This document shows, piece by piece, positions 52,051 through 62,958 of a stretch of 64,000 nucleotides of DNA; positions within the stretch are counted from its first letter, which is position 1, and each line of letters starts with the position of its first letter. The translations under genes and the position numbers were made by a program. Location: assembly GCF_031769215.1 (NCBI RefSeq), contig NW_026782104.1:1240001-1304000 (forward strand), given 5' to 3'. The DNA is from Ylistrum balloti. Taxonomy: Eukaryota. The notes beneath the pieces are model-generated. The model did no database searches. It saw nothing but the letters and a program-made list of their open reading frames with translations, and was not told the origin of the DNA.

Positions 52051-52738
52051 GATGGAATCGTCCCCGTAAAAAATACATAATAAATGTCATAACAAGGGCA
52101 TAGCCATCGTAACATAAGGAGATGACATGTTATGAAATAATGTAACTAGTAATGGTTTTGACAAAAGGGGCGTAACTCATATATATCTTAAGCAAAAAAG
52201 TAACAATCGGCGCCCAGTTTTTACTTAAACTGAAAATACCCATTCGAAAATCGAGACGATACAGATTTATATAACCTAAAACAGTTGTTGTCCAGTTAGT
52301 CAGCAATATAGACTCATCCCAAAGGTGCAAATTAAAACAAACGTATTTTAATAATATTACGAAGATTTGCAGAGAAGTAAGACTTGCAATAGAAAAATAC
52401 ATGGATACCTGGACTATTCTGAACTATAAACATTTTCATATATAAATGTTCCCTTTTCATTGTTTTACAAAGTCATACATATACTGTTTATTTTTGTGGA
52501 ATATTTGATTTGCACAATATGTCACGATCAATCGTCATGAACAGCGTTTGACTGATGTCAAAAATAAAACCAGATTTTATCGTTTCTGGACAAATATTTA
52601 TTTAATATTTATGGACAAAGATATGTATCATATTTCCATGAAACTAAGTATTATTCTCCCGATTTGGTTTCTGACATTCATCGACCAATTTTGATTTTCC
52701 ATTGTCTCCTCGTAGGTTTCACTAATTTAGGCCTTTGG

Positions 52739-52873
52739 TATCAATGACGAGTCCAGAAAGTACGAAACAGCTGTATAATGTAGCATCACTGACGAGTCCA
52801 GGAAGTACGAAACAGCTGTATGATGTAGCATCACTGACGAGTCCAGGAAGTACGAAACAATTTTATGATGCAG
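52739..52873 (+). ncRNA. Tandem array of 3 x 45-nt minimal hammerhead ribozymes; unit 2 has an intact core
   Basis: Unit 2 (52784-52828) reads CATCA CTGACGA GTCC AGGAA GTAC GAA ACAGCTGT A TGATG TAG; predicted cleavage after A52820. Confidence 0.92.
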
Positions 52874-53812
52874 TTTAATCCATTATTTGAATCTTCTATA
52901 CCTATTATAATTTCGTATGAAAAAGGTATAATTCACTTGTATGTCTTTTGTACGATCTATCTATATAAAATACAATGATGCATTGTTGCTACCTTATTGT
53001 AATAAATCGCTTATTGTAATAAGTATTACATTACATTAGCTATAATGGAGTAATTTTTAGCTTTATAATAAGGTTAGCCTAATTTCAACAGATGCAAATG
53101 GCTAATTTAACCAGAAATTTCTATTGTTATTGACACCAGATGTTTGGCTATTCTACATATTGGAAGCTTTATTACCGATTTACATTGGAAAATGCAGGAC
53201 AGTGAATTTGGATATACATAAAAGTATCTTGGTGAAAGATTGCCCAATTTACTTTGCTTGCATGTCAAAGCTATTCGTGTACCTTCAAATATTAACGAAA
53301 ACCACGAAAATTGAGCCTCATGAAAATACATAATTTTATAGTATTGCACTATTTAAATATGCCCGTATAACGGATTCAAATCTCGGCCATTACGATTTTA
53401 AATATAAAAGAGGCTTAGTATAATATTAACATCATGCTTCAATATAAACGTAACGTTTCTCTGCGATAAATATGAAATCCGCACAAAATAAATTTAAAAC
53501 CAATGTGAAATATATCAACGTATTTCTCTGCCATCAGTAAGATAGCAAAACATACAGTAGAGAATGTCAACCCTGAGTTTACAATGACATATAACGTCAG
53601 ATTATGCAAAGCATAAAACTGATACAGATATCTAATGAATACAAATAAATTGTCTTCTCCTGTTTAAAAATAAATCAATATTCAAAAATTCTGAAATAAA
53701 AGCAATTGGACATTCTGTAATATTTAAAAAGTTAATATTTTAAAAATAATACCGTCACATATCGTAACTAAGTGACACATGGTCCGTAAATATTCGGCCA
53801 ATGATACAAGTA

Positions 53813-53815
<3 letters not shown>

Positions 53816-53857
<42 letters not shown>
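53816..53857. repeat. (TA)n microsatellite
   Basis: About 21 units. Confidence 0.95.
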
Positions 53858-53860
<3 letters not shown>

Positions 53861-54997
53861 TACATATCATGAACAAGGTCAGAGACGTATAATAATTTAA
53901 ATAGGTTAGCAATTTTCTACAAACAAAAGATAGAAACGGAAGCTGTATCCCAGCTTTTGCTTGTTGTTACAGAATCTTCATGTAAAAACTTCATTCTAAA
54001 TCAAGGGAGTTAAATCAATTTATATGTCCCTGCTAAGGCAATTTGCATAGTATAACATCTTCATCTATAATCAGTACCTTTATGGACAAAATTTCAAGTG
54101 TAACAATTCATTTATATTGTAAAAAGTCGATGTTGGCTTCCAAACTGTTTATAAAACTTTCTTTATGATAAAAATGATCTAAACATTCTTTGTATAAAAA
54201 GAAATCCCAGCCGATATATGAAAAAACATACATACCAAATTAAAAGAAGTAAAATGAGATTGGTAAATAGTCAGACATGTACATGTGTAATACAATGGAA
54301 TGGCTATATCACTTAAAAGCAGGTTTAAGTTTCTATGGCTACAGAAATGACAACTTATTTTTAAGATGTTCAATATGCGCTTCGGTTTAACTTGTTAAAA
54401 AATATCATAAACAGAAAAAACAAAAATCGGAGGAACAGAAAAAGGAAAAAAAGATATCAAAATCACACAAACATTTCATTAAAACTGTCGTATTAATTGA
54501 ACTGGATCAAATGAAGACAAAAAATAGAGTGTGTGTGTTTCTGGAGAAGGGAGGGGGCGGCAAAATTTACAGGTACTAAAAAAGTATATTCTTTTTAAAC
54601 GAGTACAAGGAGAATACAGCCTCGAAGGCCGGAGATGTAAGCGTCCATAGTTTCGTTGACGATTACCACAAAAAACAATTAAACGATTGTATCGTACTTA
54701 ATCTCTGTTACAAAAGCATTAGGGACTAATTTTAACCAAGACAAATATACAAGACATTAAAATTTCTTACACAACGACTGGCTAAATCTCTCTTTAACAA
54801 CGACACGTAGAATTGCTACGTCACTTTTGCACTGAAAATATTTTAAAGCTAAATCGCTTTCGTACAACGCGACAAGTATACGTCTTGCACTACAACTTTT
54901 CCAGTATGCGTGACTAAATCTCCCTTACATACCAACCAATACACTAGACATTATAATGTATATAAACACAACACACATCCCTCGATTCACACCCATC

Positions 54998-55173
54998 CAT
55001 ATCTTCAGTACAAACACACATTAAAATACCAAGTCTTGTCCATATCTTCAGTACAAACACACATTAAAATACCAAGTCTTCTCCACATCTTCAGTACAAA
55101 CACACATTAAAATAACCGGTCTTCTCCATATCTTCAGTACAAACACACATTAAGATACCCAGTCTTTTTCATA
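54998..55173. repeat. 43-44 bp x 4 tandem repeat abutting the SLC25 stop codon
   Basis: CA[T/C]ATCTTCAGTACAAACACACATTAA at 54998, 55041, 55084 and 55127. Confidence 0.93.
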
Positions 55174-55341
55174 TAGGGTCAATGCCGATGATTTTTCGTA
55201 GTTGTTCAAATATGAAAAAGGCGATAGTTGTATGTGGTCCGATTCTCATCCAGTTCGGAATGAAGCCTTTGTACAGTCCCAATGGGCCTTCTGATCGTAG
55301 TGTCTTTAAGAAACAGTCAAATGCTGACTTGTACACTTTAC
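55169..55341 (-). CDS. SLC25 exon 6 (terminal)
   Basis: (S)KVYKSAFDCFLKTLRSEGPLGLYKGFIPNWMRIGPHT...GIDPI, then stop TGA. Confidence 0.95.
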
Positions 55342-58300
55342 CTGCAAAACAAACAGTTCTTTGGTGGATGAATGAATGGAATGTGGAATACGTAAAAGAG
55401 AAATATTTACATTATTTATTTCACAACAATGATGAAATGCCTCAATTAGCAACCTAATTAAATCACTCTTTTCAGTCTAGAAGGTACACGACATGGGTCA
55501 ACATATAGAAGAAAACCCATAGTACAAAGAGAAACCCCACGTTATCAGACTTGTGACCTCGAACTTCTACAAGCACAGCGGATAATAGATTCCTAGATTG
55601 TTTTCGGAAAATATGAGCATCCACTGCGAAACTAAACTACCAGGTGCCTGTCAGCGTATATTACAACTTACTACCTTGTCGTAACAACCTTTAAAACGTT
55701 CGTTTAAACATCCTTCCTTGTCAGGAAAATTACGACCTACTTCCTCTTCAAGGAAACTTACAAACTGGTCGGTACAACCTAATAACTCGTCATGACACCA
55801 ATCAGAACATTTAACTTGCTTGTAACTCACTTTTTACACATACATGTACCATACTTAAAAAGAGTAAAGACAAATATGTTTACTAAAAAATTAAAGCAGA
55901 TTCGTCCTACTTTCAGCTAACTGATGACACTCTCATTTTAACCTCCATATTATCCTTACAAGGAGCACTGTTGAAATTGGATCAGACCTAACATAGCAGT
56001 GCAGTGTCCTTGCCCTATAATTTGTGACATTTAATATCTTAGTCGGCTTACGTTTCACTTAAAAACCACCTCTACCACACCGCAATCATATTATAATTCT
56101 GTAGGTCTAACTTTATCCAGTTCACATTACACATAACTCAGGTGTTGTAGCAGCAATATGAATAGCGTACACACTAGCGTCACATCATATGTATGTTTCC
56201 CTGATCGGAATTATAAATGTATGGCATACCTTACTTGACGTTGTTAAAAAATTATGCGATATGCGAAAATTACTAGCCAGTGCGCCTTCCCATCTAAATT
56301 TTGAATTTTTTTCGATCGCTTTGTAATTTCCTCAGCCGCTATTTATGCTTCAGGGTTTAGGCCCTTACATCAACGACGAGTCATAGAAGCTGTATGATGC
56401 AGTTTAATTCACTGTTTGACTCTGCTCTATGTTACTCTAAATTTGTATCAAATGGTGTTATTCCTTTGGGTCTTTAGTACAGTCTTCCAACTTTAATTAC
56501 TGTTGTAATAAACGTATCCAGTAATCGAATATGAATGTAATTTATTCGCTTTCAGGTCCCAATTATTAGATCACCAACGAGACCTTGATGGACGAAACAG
56601 CTGTACAATTCAGTTTATTCGTTATTTGAATTATCATCTTTCCAAATTTGTTTTTGAAAACACTGTCGTCCTTTTTTAAGATATTAAAAAGGTTCTTGAA
56701 AAGGTGTAATTTATGTAGGTGATCCATTCAGCACGTGTTGGGACAGTCAGGTCATAAAAAACTTAACATGACTCTGAATATAAGTGACAGAAAAGATGGT
56801 CATCGGTACACACTTCACACAAATGTGTAAATCACACATTCAAAACAAGTGCAAAACATGGTTTGTGATTAATGAATTATTACGAAGCTACATTTGAATG
56901 AGAACAGATAAACTATGTATAATATCCTTAGAATTGTAGATTCAAATATAGGAGTACAAAAGTCAATTAATGACGTGTTATTTTTAAAATGTCGGCGTTG
57001 TTATGTAGTGTCGTACTTACTATCCTGTTTCTGGTTCATAATCCGCGTCTTCACAACGTCTACTGGTGACGTAGTTAATGCCGTCATGAAGCCCGCCACC
57101 ATAGAAGCGGTCACGTGCAGTGGAGCGCCCTCTGTCATCAAGCCAGCGTTTAGTATGGTATGTTTTGTGTGGTCATATGTAGGAATCTATATCATGGAAA
57201 CACACAGTGATCATAATTATTTCAAATAAAATGTATACATGGGATTCAAATTATCTATTATTGCAATGAAATAAACATCCTCCACCAAAACTAGCTCGGT
57301 TACCTAGAATGGGAACGACAACAGTGACGTCAGAGACACAAAATGTAATGACACAAAAGAACGGAAGAAATACTACAAAAAAATGAATTAACTACAGTGA
57401 ACATAATTACACTTATACCATACAAATCAATAACCGCCGAAACAGAGCAGACACCAAAACCATACAAATCGGTAACAGCCGAAACTGAGCAGACACCAAA
57501 ACCATACAAATCGATAACAGTCGAAACTGAGCGACACCAAAACCATACAAATCGGTAACAGCCGAAACTGAGCAGACACCAAAACCATACAAATCGGTAA
57601 CAGTCGAAACTGAGCAGACACCAAAACCATATAAATCGGTTACAGCAGGAACTAAGCAGACACCAAAACCATACAAATCGGTAACAGCAGGAACTAAGCA
57701 GACACCAAAACCATACAAATCGGTAACAGCAGGAACTGAGCAGACACCAAAACCATACAAATCGATAACAGCCGAAACTGAGCAGACACCAAAACCATAC
57801 AAAAAACAGCTGGAACTAAGCAGACACCAAAACCATACAAACCAATAACGGCTGGACCTGAGTAGACACCAAAACCATACAAAAAACAGAGCAGGAACTG
57901 AGCAGACACCAAAACCATACAAATCGGTAACAGCAGGAACTGAGCAGACACCAAAACCATACAAAAAACAGCTGGAACTAAGCAGACACCAAAACCATAC
58001 AAATCAATAACAGCCGAAACTGAGCAGACATCAAAACCATACAAATCGATAACAGCAGGAACTGAGCAGACACTAAAACTATGCAAAAAAACAGCTGGAC
58101 CTGTGCAGACACCAAAACCATACAAAAAACAGCTGGAACTGTGCAGACACCAAAACCATACAAACCAATAACAGCTGGAACTGTGCAGACACCAAAACCA
58201 TACAAACCAATAACAGCTGGACCTGAGCAGACACCAAATTCATACAAGAACTCTAGCTGGAACAGAGCAGACACCAAAACTATACAAATAAATAACAGCC

Positions 58301-61300
58301 GGAAGTGGTCAGACACCACAGTCATACAAATACATAACAGCCGGAAGTGGTCAGACACCTAAACAATACAAAGAAATAACTAGAAATTGCCAGATGTCAA
58401 TATCACCAGAACGAACAACTTTTTCCATTGAACACACGCCAATGAAAAAATAAACAACAGCAGAATCTAAGCAGACGCCAAAATAATGAATTAAGAATAC
58501 ATCAAAATCTAAAATATGTAATAAACACCAAAACAAAAATGTCTACTACATCGATTCAGCGAACAATAATAGGATTGTACAGAACCAAAACTTTCAGCAT
58601 ATCAGTGCATCAACAAATCATGAGTTAACTACACCATACAGTTGTTTTATAAATTTACATATTTAGACCCCTTCAGCAAGGATAGGGTCCTGATGTTTTA
58701 GAATGAGTTAACTACACCATACAGTTGTTTTATAAATTTACATATTTAGACCCCTTCAGCAAGGATAGGGTCCTGATGTTTTAGAATGAGTTAACTACAC
58801 CATACAGTTGTTTTATAAATTTACATATTTAGACCCCTTCAGCAAGGATAGGGTCCTGATGTTTTAGAATGAGTTAACTACACCATACAGTTGTTTTATA
58901 AATTTACATATTTAGACCCCTTCAGCAAGGATAGGGTCCTGATGTTTTAGAATGAGTTAACTACACCATACAGTTGTTTTATAAATTTACATATTTAGAC
59001 CCCTTCAGCAAGGATAGGGTCCTGATGTTTTAGAATGAGTTAACTACACCATACAGTTGTTTTATAAATTTACATATTTAGACCCCTTCAGCAAGGATAG
59101 GGTCCTGATGTTTTAGAATGAGTTAACTACACCATACAGTTGTTTTATAAATTTACATATCTAGGCCCCTTCAGCAAGGATAGGGTCCTGATGTTTTAGA
59201 ATGTAGGGGCCAGCAATAATTGTTAAAATCAACAAATAAGATTTACAATATGGGGTTATTTTAAAAGCATATCAAGTTCATGTGTATATTATCCTGAACC
59301 GCGCCACTATTCATATAAATTAATGAAAGGAAATCTACAGGAACTGAGGAAGCACTAATAACGGAAGGAACTCCAACACAAAGGTAGGTATCAACACTAA
59401 AGGTAAATCATTACATCAGGAATTTGTGAATCCTTTCAATAATACAAGGCTATGAGTAAGTTCTATTTTGTGAGAAAAACGTCGTTCTGTTAACAGATAT
59501 TTCGTGAATGTTCAACGGCAGTTTCTAAATTTATAAATATATACAATATTTGGATATTCTCAAACACTAAAACAACAGCTTTGGTTGTTGGATGTTAGAG
59601 AGGTTCCAAACTCACCTGTGTAGCGGTCAGTATAGCCGCTCTTTTGACCGTCGGTCCCACACCAACATACAGACCACGAATGCCGTTCTGACGTACAATT
59701 TCTGAGAAAGCTGAGAACGTACTACGGTACCTTGGCGTTTCTCCTACCAACTTGGTACATCCCTGCATTCGTACTTTGACCAGATCAGTTGGAACTGCAA
59801 TGGAACTACCTATTGCTCCTGAAAACAGATGTCCAATAAGATTCCGAATGAATGAAGTCAAAGGCAGCTTTGTAACTAAGTAAAAGATTCACCTCAGAAT
59901 GTTATTGTATTCACTACTTGAATTCACAAAGAAAACCAAAAGGGTTTTCTAGAGTATATCATCACGCTATACTTCAAAGAACATGAAGCTTAATAAATAA
60001 CAATGTCTCTAAGCTATAGAATCACACAGTGTGCTTCGTAATGTGTATTTTCGTACATTTTATATCTTTAAAACACTTTGTATGAGAAGGAAGTTTTGAG
60101 AGATGACCTACCGGTGAGAGCACCTGCACATATCTTTTTCCATAATGGTGTATGAGCTGGGTCAGTGGCGCCAAACAGGACTTTTACAGGCTCGTATGCG
60201 CCCATACGAATTGTGCTATAACTTCCTTCTCTCATCAGTGAAGGAACAATTCTAGAACAGACGTGACATCATGTGATTTTATTTATATATCCCTATAACT
60301 TATAGTTTTTAATTACTATGACGTCATAATACCGTAAAGGGCTTTATATTTTAGTCTGGCATCAATCTGGATATCTGTCACTATGTAAAGATACAACTGC
60401 TTATCACAGCAAAGATAATTGTTAGAATATCTATCAATATTAAAACACACAATTGTTTATCTATTACAGCAAACATAACTGTTAATATTCCATCAGAATA
60501 TCTATCACTATGTAAAGACGTCAGGTAAAGGTGAGCAAATGACCAATTGGAATGTATTTTAATTAAGTCGCAAAATTGTAGTTACAGCAACTAATTGTTC
60601 TACTCTCGCATCACCTGCTTTTACTACATTTTTGCAACGTAATCAAAACATATTCTGAGAAAAATCCAAAGTGATCGAAAAAATAATCAAAATCTAGTCT
60701 AGAAGTGCTATTTACTTGTGTGTCTTTGGTACAATCTTTGAGACACAGGAAGACGTAGGAGGTCGAATCGCCACAACCAACATATACCATGAGAGTTTAC
60801 TACAGGATAATTACGTCACCTACCCCTTATACAGGCCCCTTATGCCTTCGTCGCTGACGATCCGTACACCGCCCTTTAGGAAACCGTCGTAATAACGGTT
60901 TTTCAGCACCTGGATTCCTTTCTGTGTTGCGAGCTCATTTTCCAGCTGCATACGTATCTTGATGACGTCAACAGGGTTCGTAACTGTAAAATACAAATCG
61001 GTGACATAGTTTTGTCTATGCTTTCACATTCATCAAACATTATTTAGAAATGATATCTGACTTAAGATGTTACAAAAGAGGATAACTCGGTTCCCGGTTT
61101 GGGTAGCCATGGTTTATCTATCCAATCTCGGCAGCATCCGTCATACAAATAGTATATCCAAGCGTGCAGGTGCGTATATTTTATACCCTTAAATTTCCAA
61201 AATAAGCGCTTATTTTGATTTTTCGTAAGGAATTCGAAACTCATTTTCGAAGACGGCCTATTTTCATGGTCGTCTTATTTGAAGCTATTTTTTACTGTAA

Positions 61301-62590
61301 GGCATGTACAGCTTATCTTCCAGGCCCTCATATTTCGAGACATCTTATAAACCGTCCAAGCGAAGTTTACTATATAGCCCTAAATATTCGCAATCATACT
61401 AACTACAGTCTTTTACATCACATCACGGTCTACGTCCGTCATTTATATACCTTAACGAAATATTTTTAAAATAATGGTATTCTTGAAGTGTATAGAAATA
61501 TAGACATGTTTAACAATAAACTTTCTTGATAAAACATAACACAAAAAGAATGTTATATAACCAGGACAACAAAGAACATATCAACTTGTCAAACAGAATC
61601 ATAATGCAAACTCAAATTCAATAAAACTAAGGCAAAAGTAAAAACAAACAAACAATAAACGATTTACACAGAGACCCCTGAAAAGTGCAAGGAGAACAAG
61701 ACCAGTCGTTTCAGGTGAGTAAGCGTAAGATAAATGTGAGGTAAACATATCATCGAATGATTTCAAGTATGAACTATTGACAGTGGTCGGCACTCTCGAA
61801 TGTTAAGGAACGAGCAACTTTGGCATGCAAGAAAGAATAACAATGAATAGACTGATCTCATAAGACAAGATTCAGTGGGTAAATTTATATCCTCTCCGAC
61901 AATTTCCAAAGAGATTCAGAACACACCAAACATGTTCTCAATAAGAACTACATTTACCAATATGCCGAGCCCCCGTAATATTGTATTGGGGTGCCATAAA
62001 TGTGTTAGAAGTTCTTATATCGCTTTGTAATTAAAAGACGTTTCAGTTAACATGTTTTACAGTGTACTTGGGTCATGATATATGTGATACGTCACTTTAA
62101 CTTATAAGTATTATCTTGTTATAGAATTCACCTCACTGGTCGATAAATGGCTTTGGTCAAGCCGGTCAACCTCACAATCTACATGAACAGCATAGATCAG
62201 AAAGTAAGAAGTGTGGATTAGTAAGATGCCTTATATTTAAAGCTCCATCACAGTCTTATTATTGGTGGTAGTGTAACTGTTAACCATACCAACAGAAGTA
62301 CGGTAGAAACACAGGACAACATACTGATCAGATATTTCACATCGAACAACTAGTCAAGGTCGACACGCCGATGTCAGCTGTTTATCCAACAACGTGCTAT
62401 AAATAGAAACGTATTTTTCAGCTCTGCTGAACATGACAGTAAGTGAAAAAAAGCTACACACATGTATACTATATAAGTGTATGTGTGTGAACACGTTGAC
62501 ACCATCAATGTACATACTTGTAGCAGCACTCATGTTGGAGATGCCGGCCAGAGTAAACCTCCATATCTGTTCGTTCTCAATTCTCGCCAT
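55169..62590 (-). CDS. SLC25 mitochondrial carrier, UCP/SLC25A14-A30/ucpB-like, 6 exons, 304 aa: join(62518-62590, 60824-60983, 60112-60251, 59616-59818, 57021-57186, 55169-55341)
   Basis: GT-AG introns, phases 1,2,1,0,1, total 915 nt. Three carrier signatures Px[D/E]xxKxR: PVDVIKIR, PTDLVKVR, PVDVVKTR, plus EG..GLYKG motifs. Exact orthology cannot be assigned by eye. Confidence 0.95.
56368..56402 (+). ncRNA. Hammerhead relic with a 10-nt internal deletion
   Basis: CATCA ACGACGA GTCA TAGAAG[GACGAAACAG deleted]CTGT A TGATG CAG, with family flanks on both sides. Confidence 0.65.
56569..56613 (+). ncRNA. Degenerate minimal hammerhead, single copy
   Basis: GATCA CCAACGA GACC TTGAT GGAC GAA ACAGCTGT A CAATT CAG. 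Confidence 0.7.
57021..57186 (-). CDS. SLC25 exon 5
   Basis: IPTYDHTKHTILN...TSPVDVVKTRIMNQKQD. Confidence 0.95.
57415..58370. repeat. Minisatellite of interspersed 42-bp and 38-bp units, ~23 copies
   Basis: ACCATACAAATCGGTAACAGCCGAAACTGAGCAGACACCAAA (42 bp) and ACCATACAAAAAACAGCTGGAACTAAGCAGACACCAAA (38 bp); in SLC25 intron 4. Confidence 0.95.
58620..59203. repeat. Near-perfect 83 bp x 7 tandem repeat (derived from the hammerhead element, minus strand)
   Basis: TGAGTTAACT at 58621, 58704, 58787, 58870, 58953, 59036 and 59119; only the last unit differs (2 substitutions). Confidence 0.97.
59616..59818 (-). CDS. SLC25 exon 4
   Basis: (G)AIGSSIAVPTDLVKVRMQ...KRAAILTATQ. Confidence 0.95.
60112..60251 (-). 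CDS. SLC25 exon 3
   Basis: (G)IVPSLMREGSYSTIRMGAYEPVK...LWKKICAGALT. Confidence 0.93.
60655..60710 (-). mobile_element. Fragment of the hammerhead-element 5' flank without a recognisable ribozyme
   Basis: AAAATCCAAAGTGATCGAAAAA at 60661-60682 is identical to 10029-10050. Confidence 0.65.
60824..60983 (-). CDS. SLC25 exon 2
   Basis: (I)TNPVDVIKIRMQLENE...DEGIRGLYK. Confidence 0.93.
61608..61726 (-). mobile_element. PLE 3' terminal fragment
   Basis: AAACTCAAATTCAATAAAAC is identical to 21319-21338; GATTTACACAGAGAC...GAGTAAGCGT is shared with the 21.3 kb copy. Confidence 0.7.
62518..62590 (-). CDS. SLC25 exon 1
   Basis: MARIENEQIWRFTLAGISNMSAAT, donor gtatgt. The ORF track start at 62617 is TTG; the ATG is at 62590. 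Confidence 0.88.
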
Positions 62591-62958
62591 CGCTAGGTTA
62601 TGATGCGAGAGATCCAAACAAGATGGCAGTCAATGTGAGATCACTCTGAAGTAGACCGACCCAAGACGACCTGAGGCAGTAGCCGTTAAATCCACCCATG
62701 CGTACCACTGCTGTGAGTTCAACCGTACGTCGATCTCCGTCTCCTCGAATAAGGGAGTAGATATAGGTGAATGTGGCAGTCTTATTAGCTGTTATTGTTT
62801 CTCTGTCATCTTAATTAAGTCACATAAGAAATCACATGAGACAACCTTGTAACAACTAGAAAAACATGCTGAAAGTCTTATCTGAAATGCATACATACAC
62901 ATCAAATTAATGGCAGAAAACATTACTACTAATCGTATTTGACCGACGGATTAAATCC

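Noticed and set aside
15362-52873. 45-nt arrays, and the 34-, 42- and 83-bp arrays, as CRISPR arrays
   Set aside because: Units are contiguous with no unique spacers, there are no cas genes, and the context is eukaryotic with spliceosomal introns.
57413-58362. ORFs of 67-183 aa on both strands
   Set aside because: By-products of a tandem repeat whose 42-bp unit is a multiple of three; 38-bp units break the frames.
60222-60245. CTGATGAG on the minus strand
   Set aside because: It is SLC25 exon 3 coding sequence (Leu-Met-Arg), with no helix II or GAAA.
61290-61350. Possible hammerhead relic on the minus strand (ATATGAGGGCCTGGAAGATAAGCTGTAC)
   Set aside because: Too few matching positions and no recognisable flanks; could be chance.
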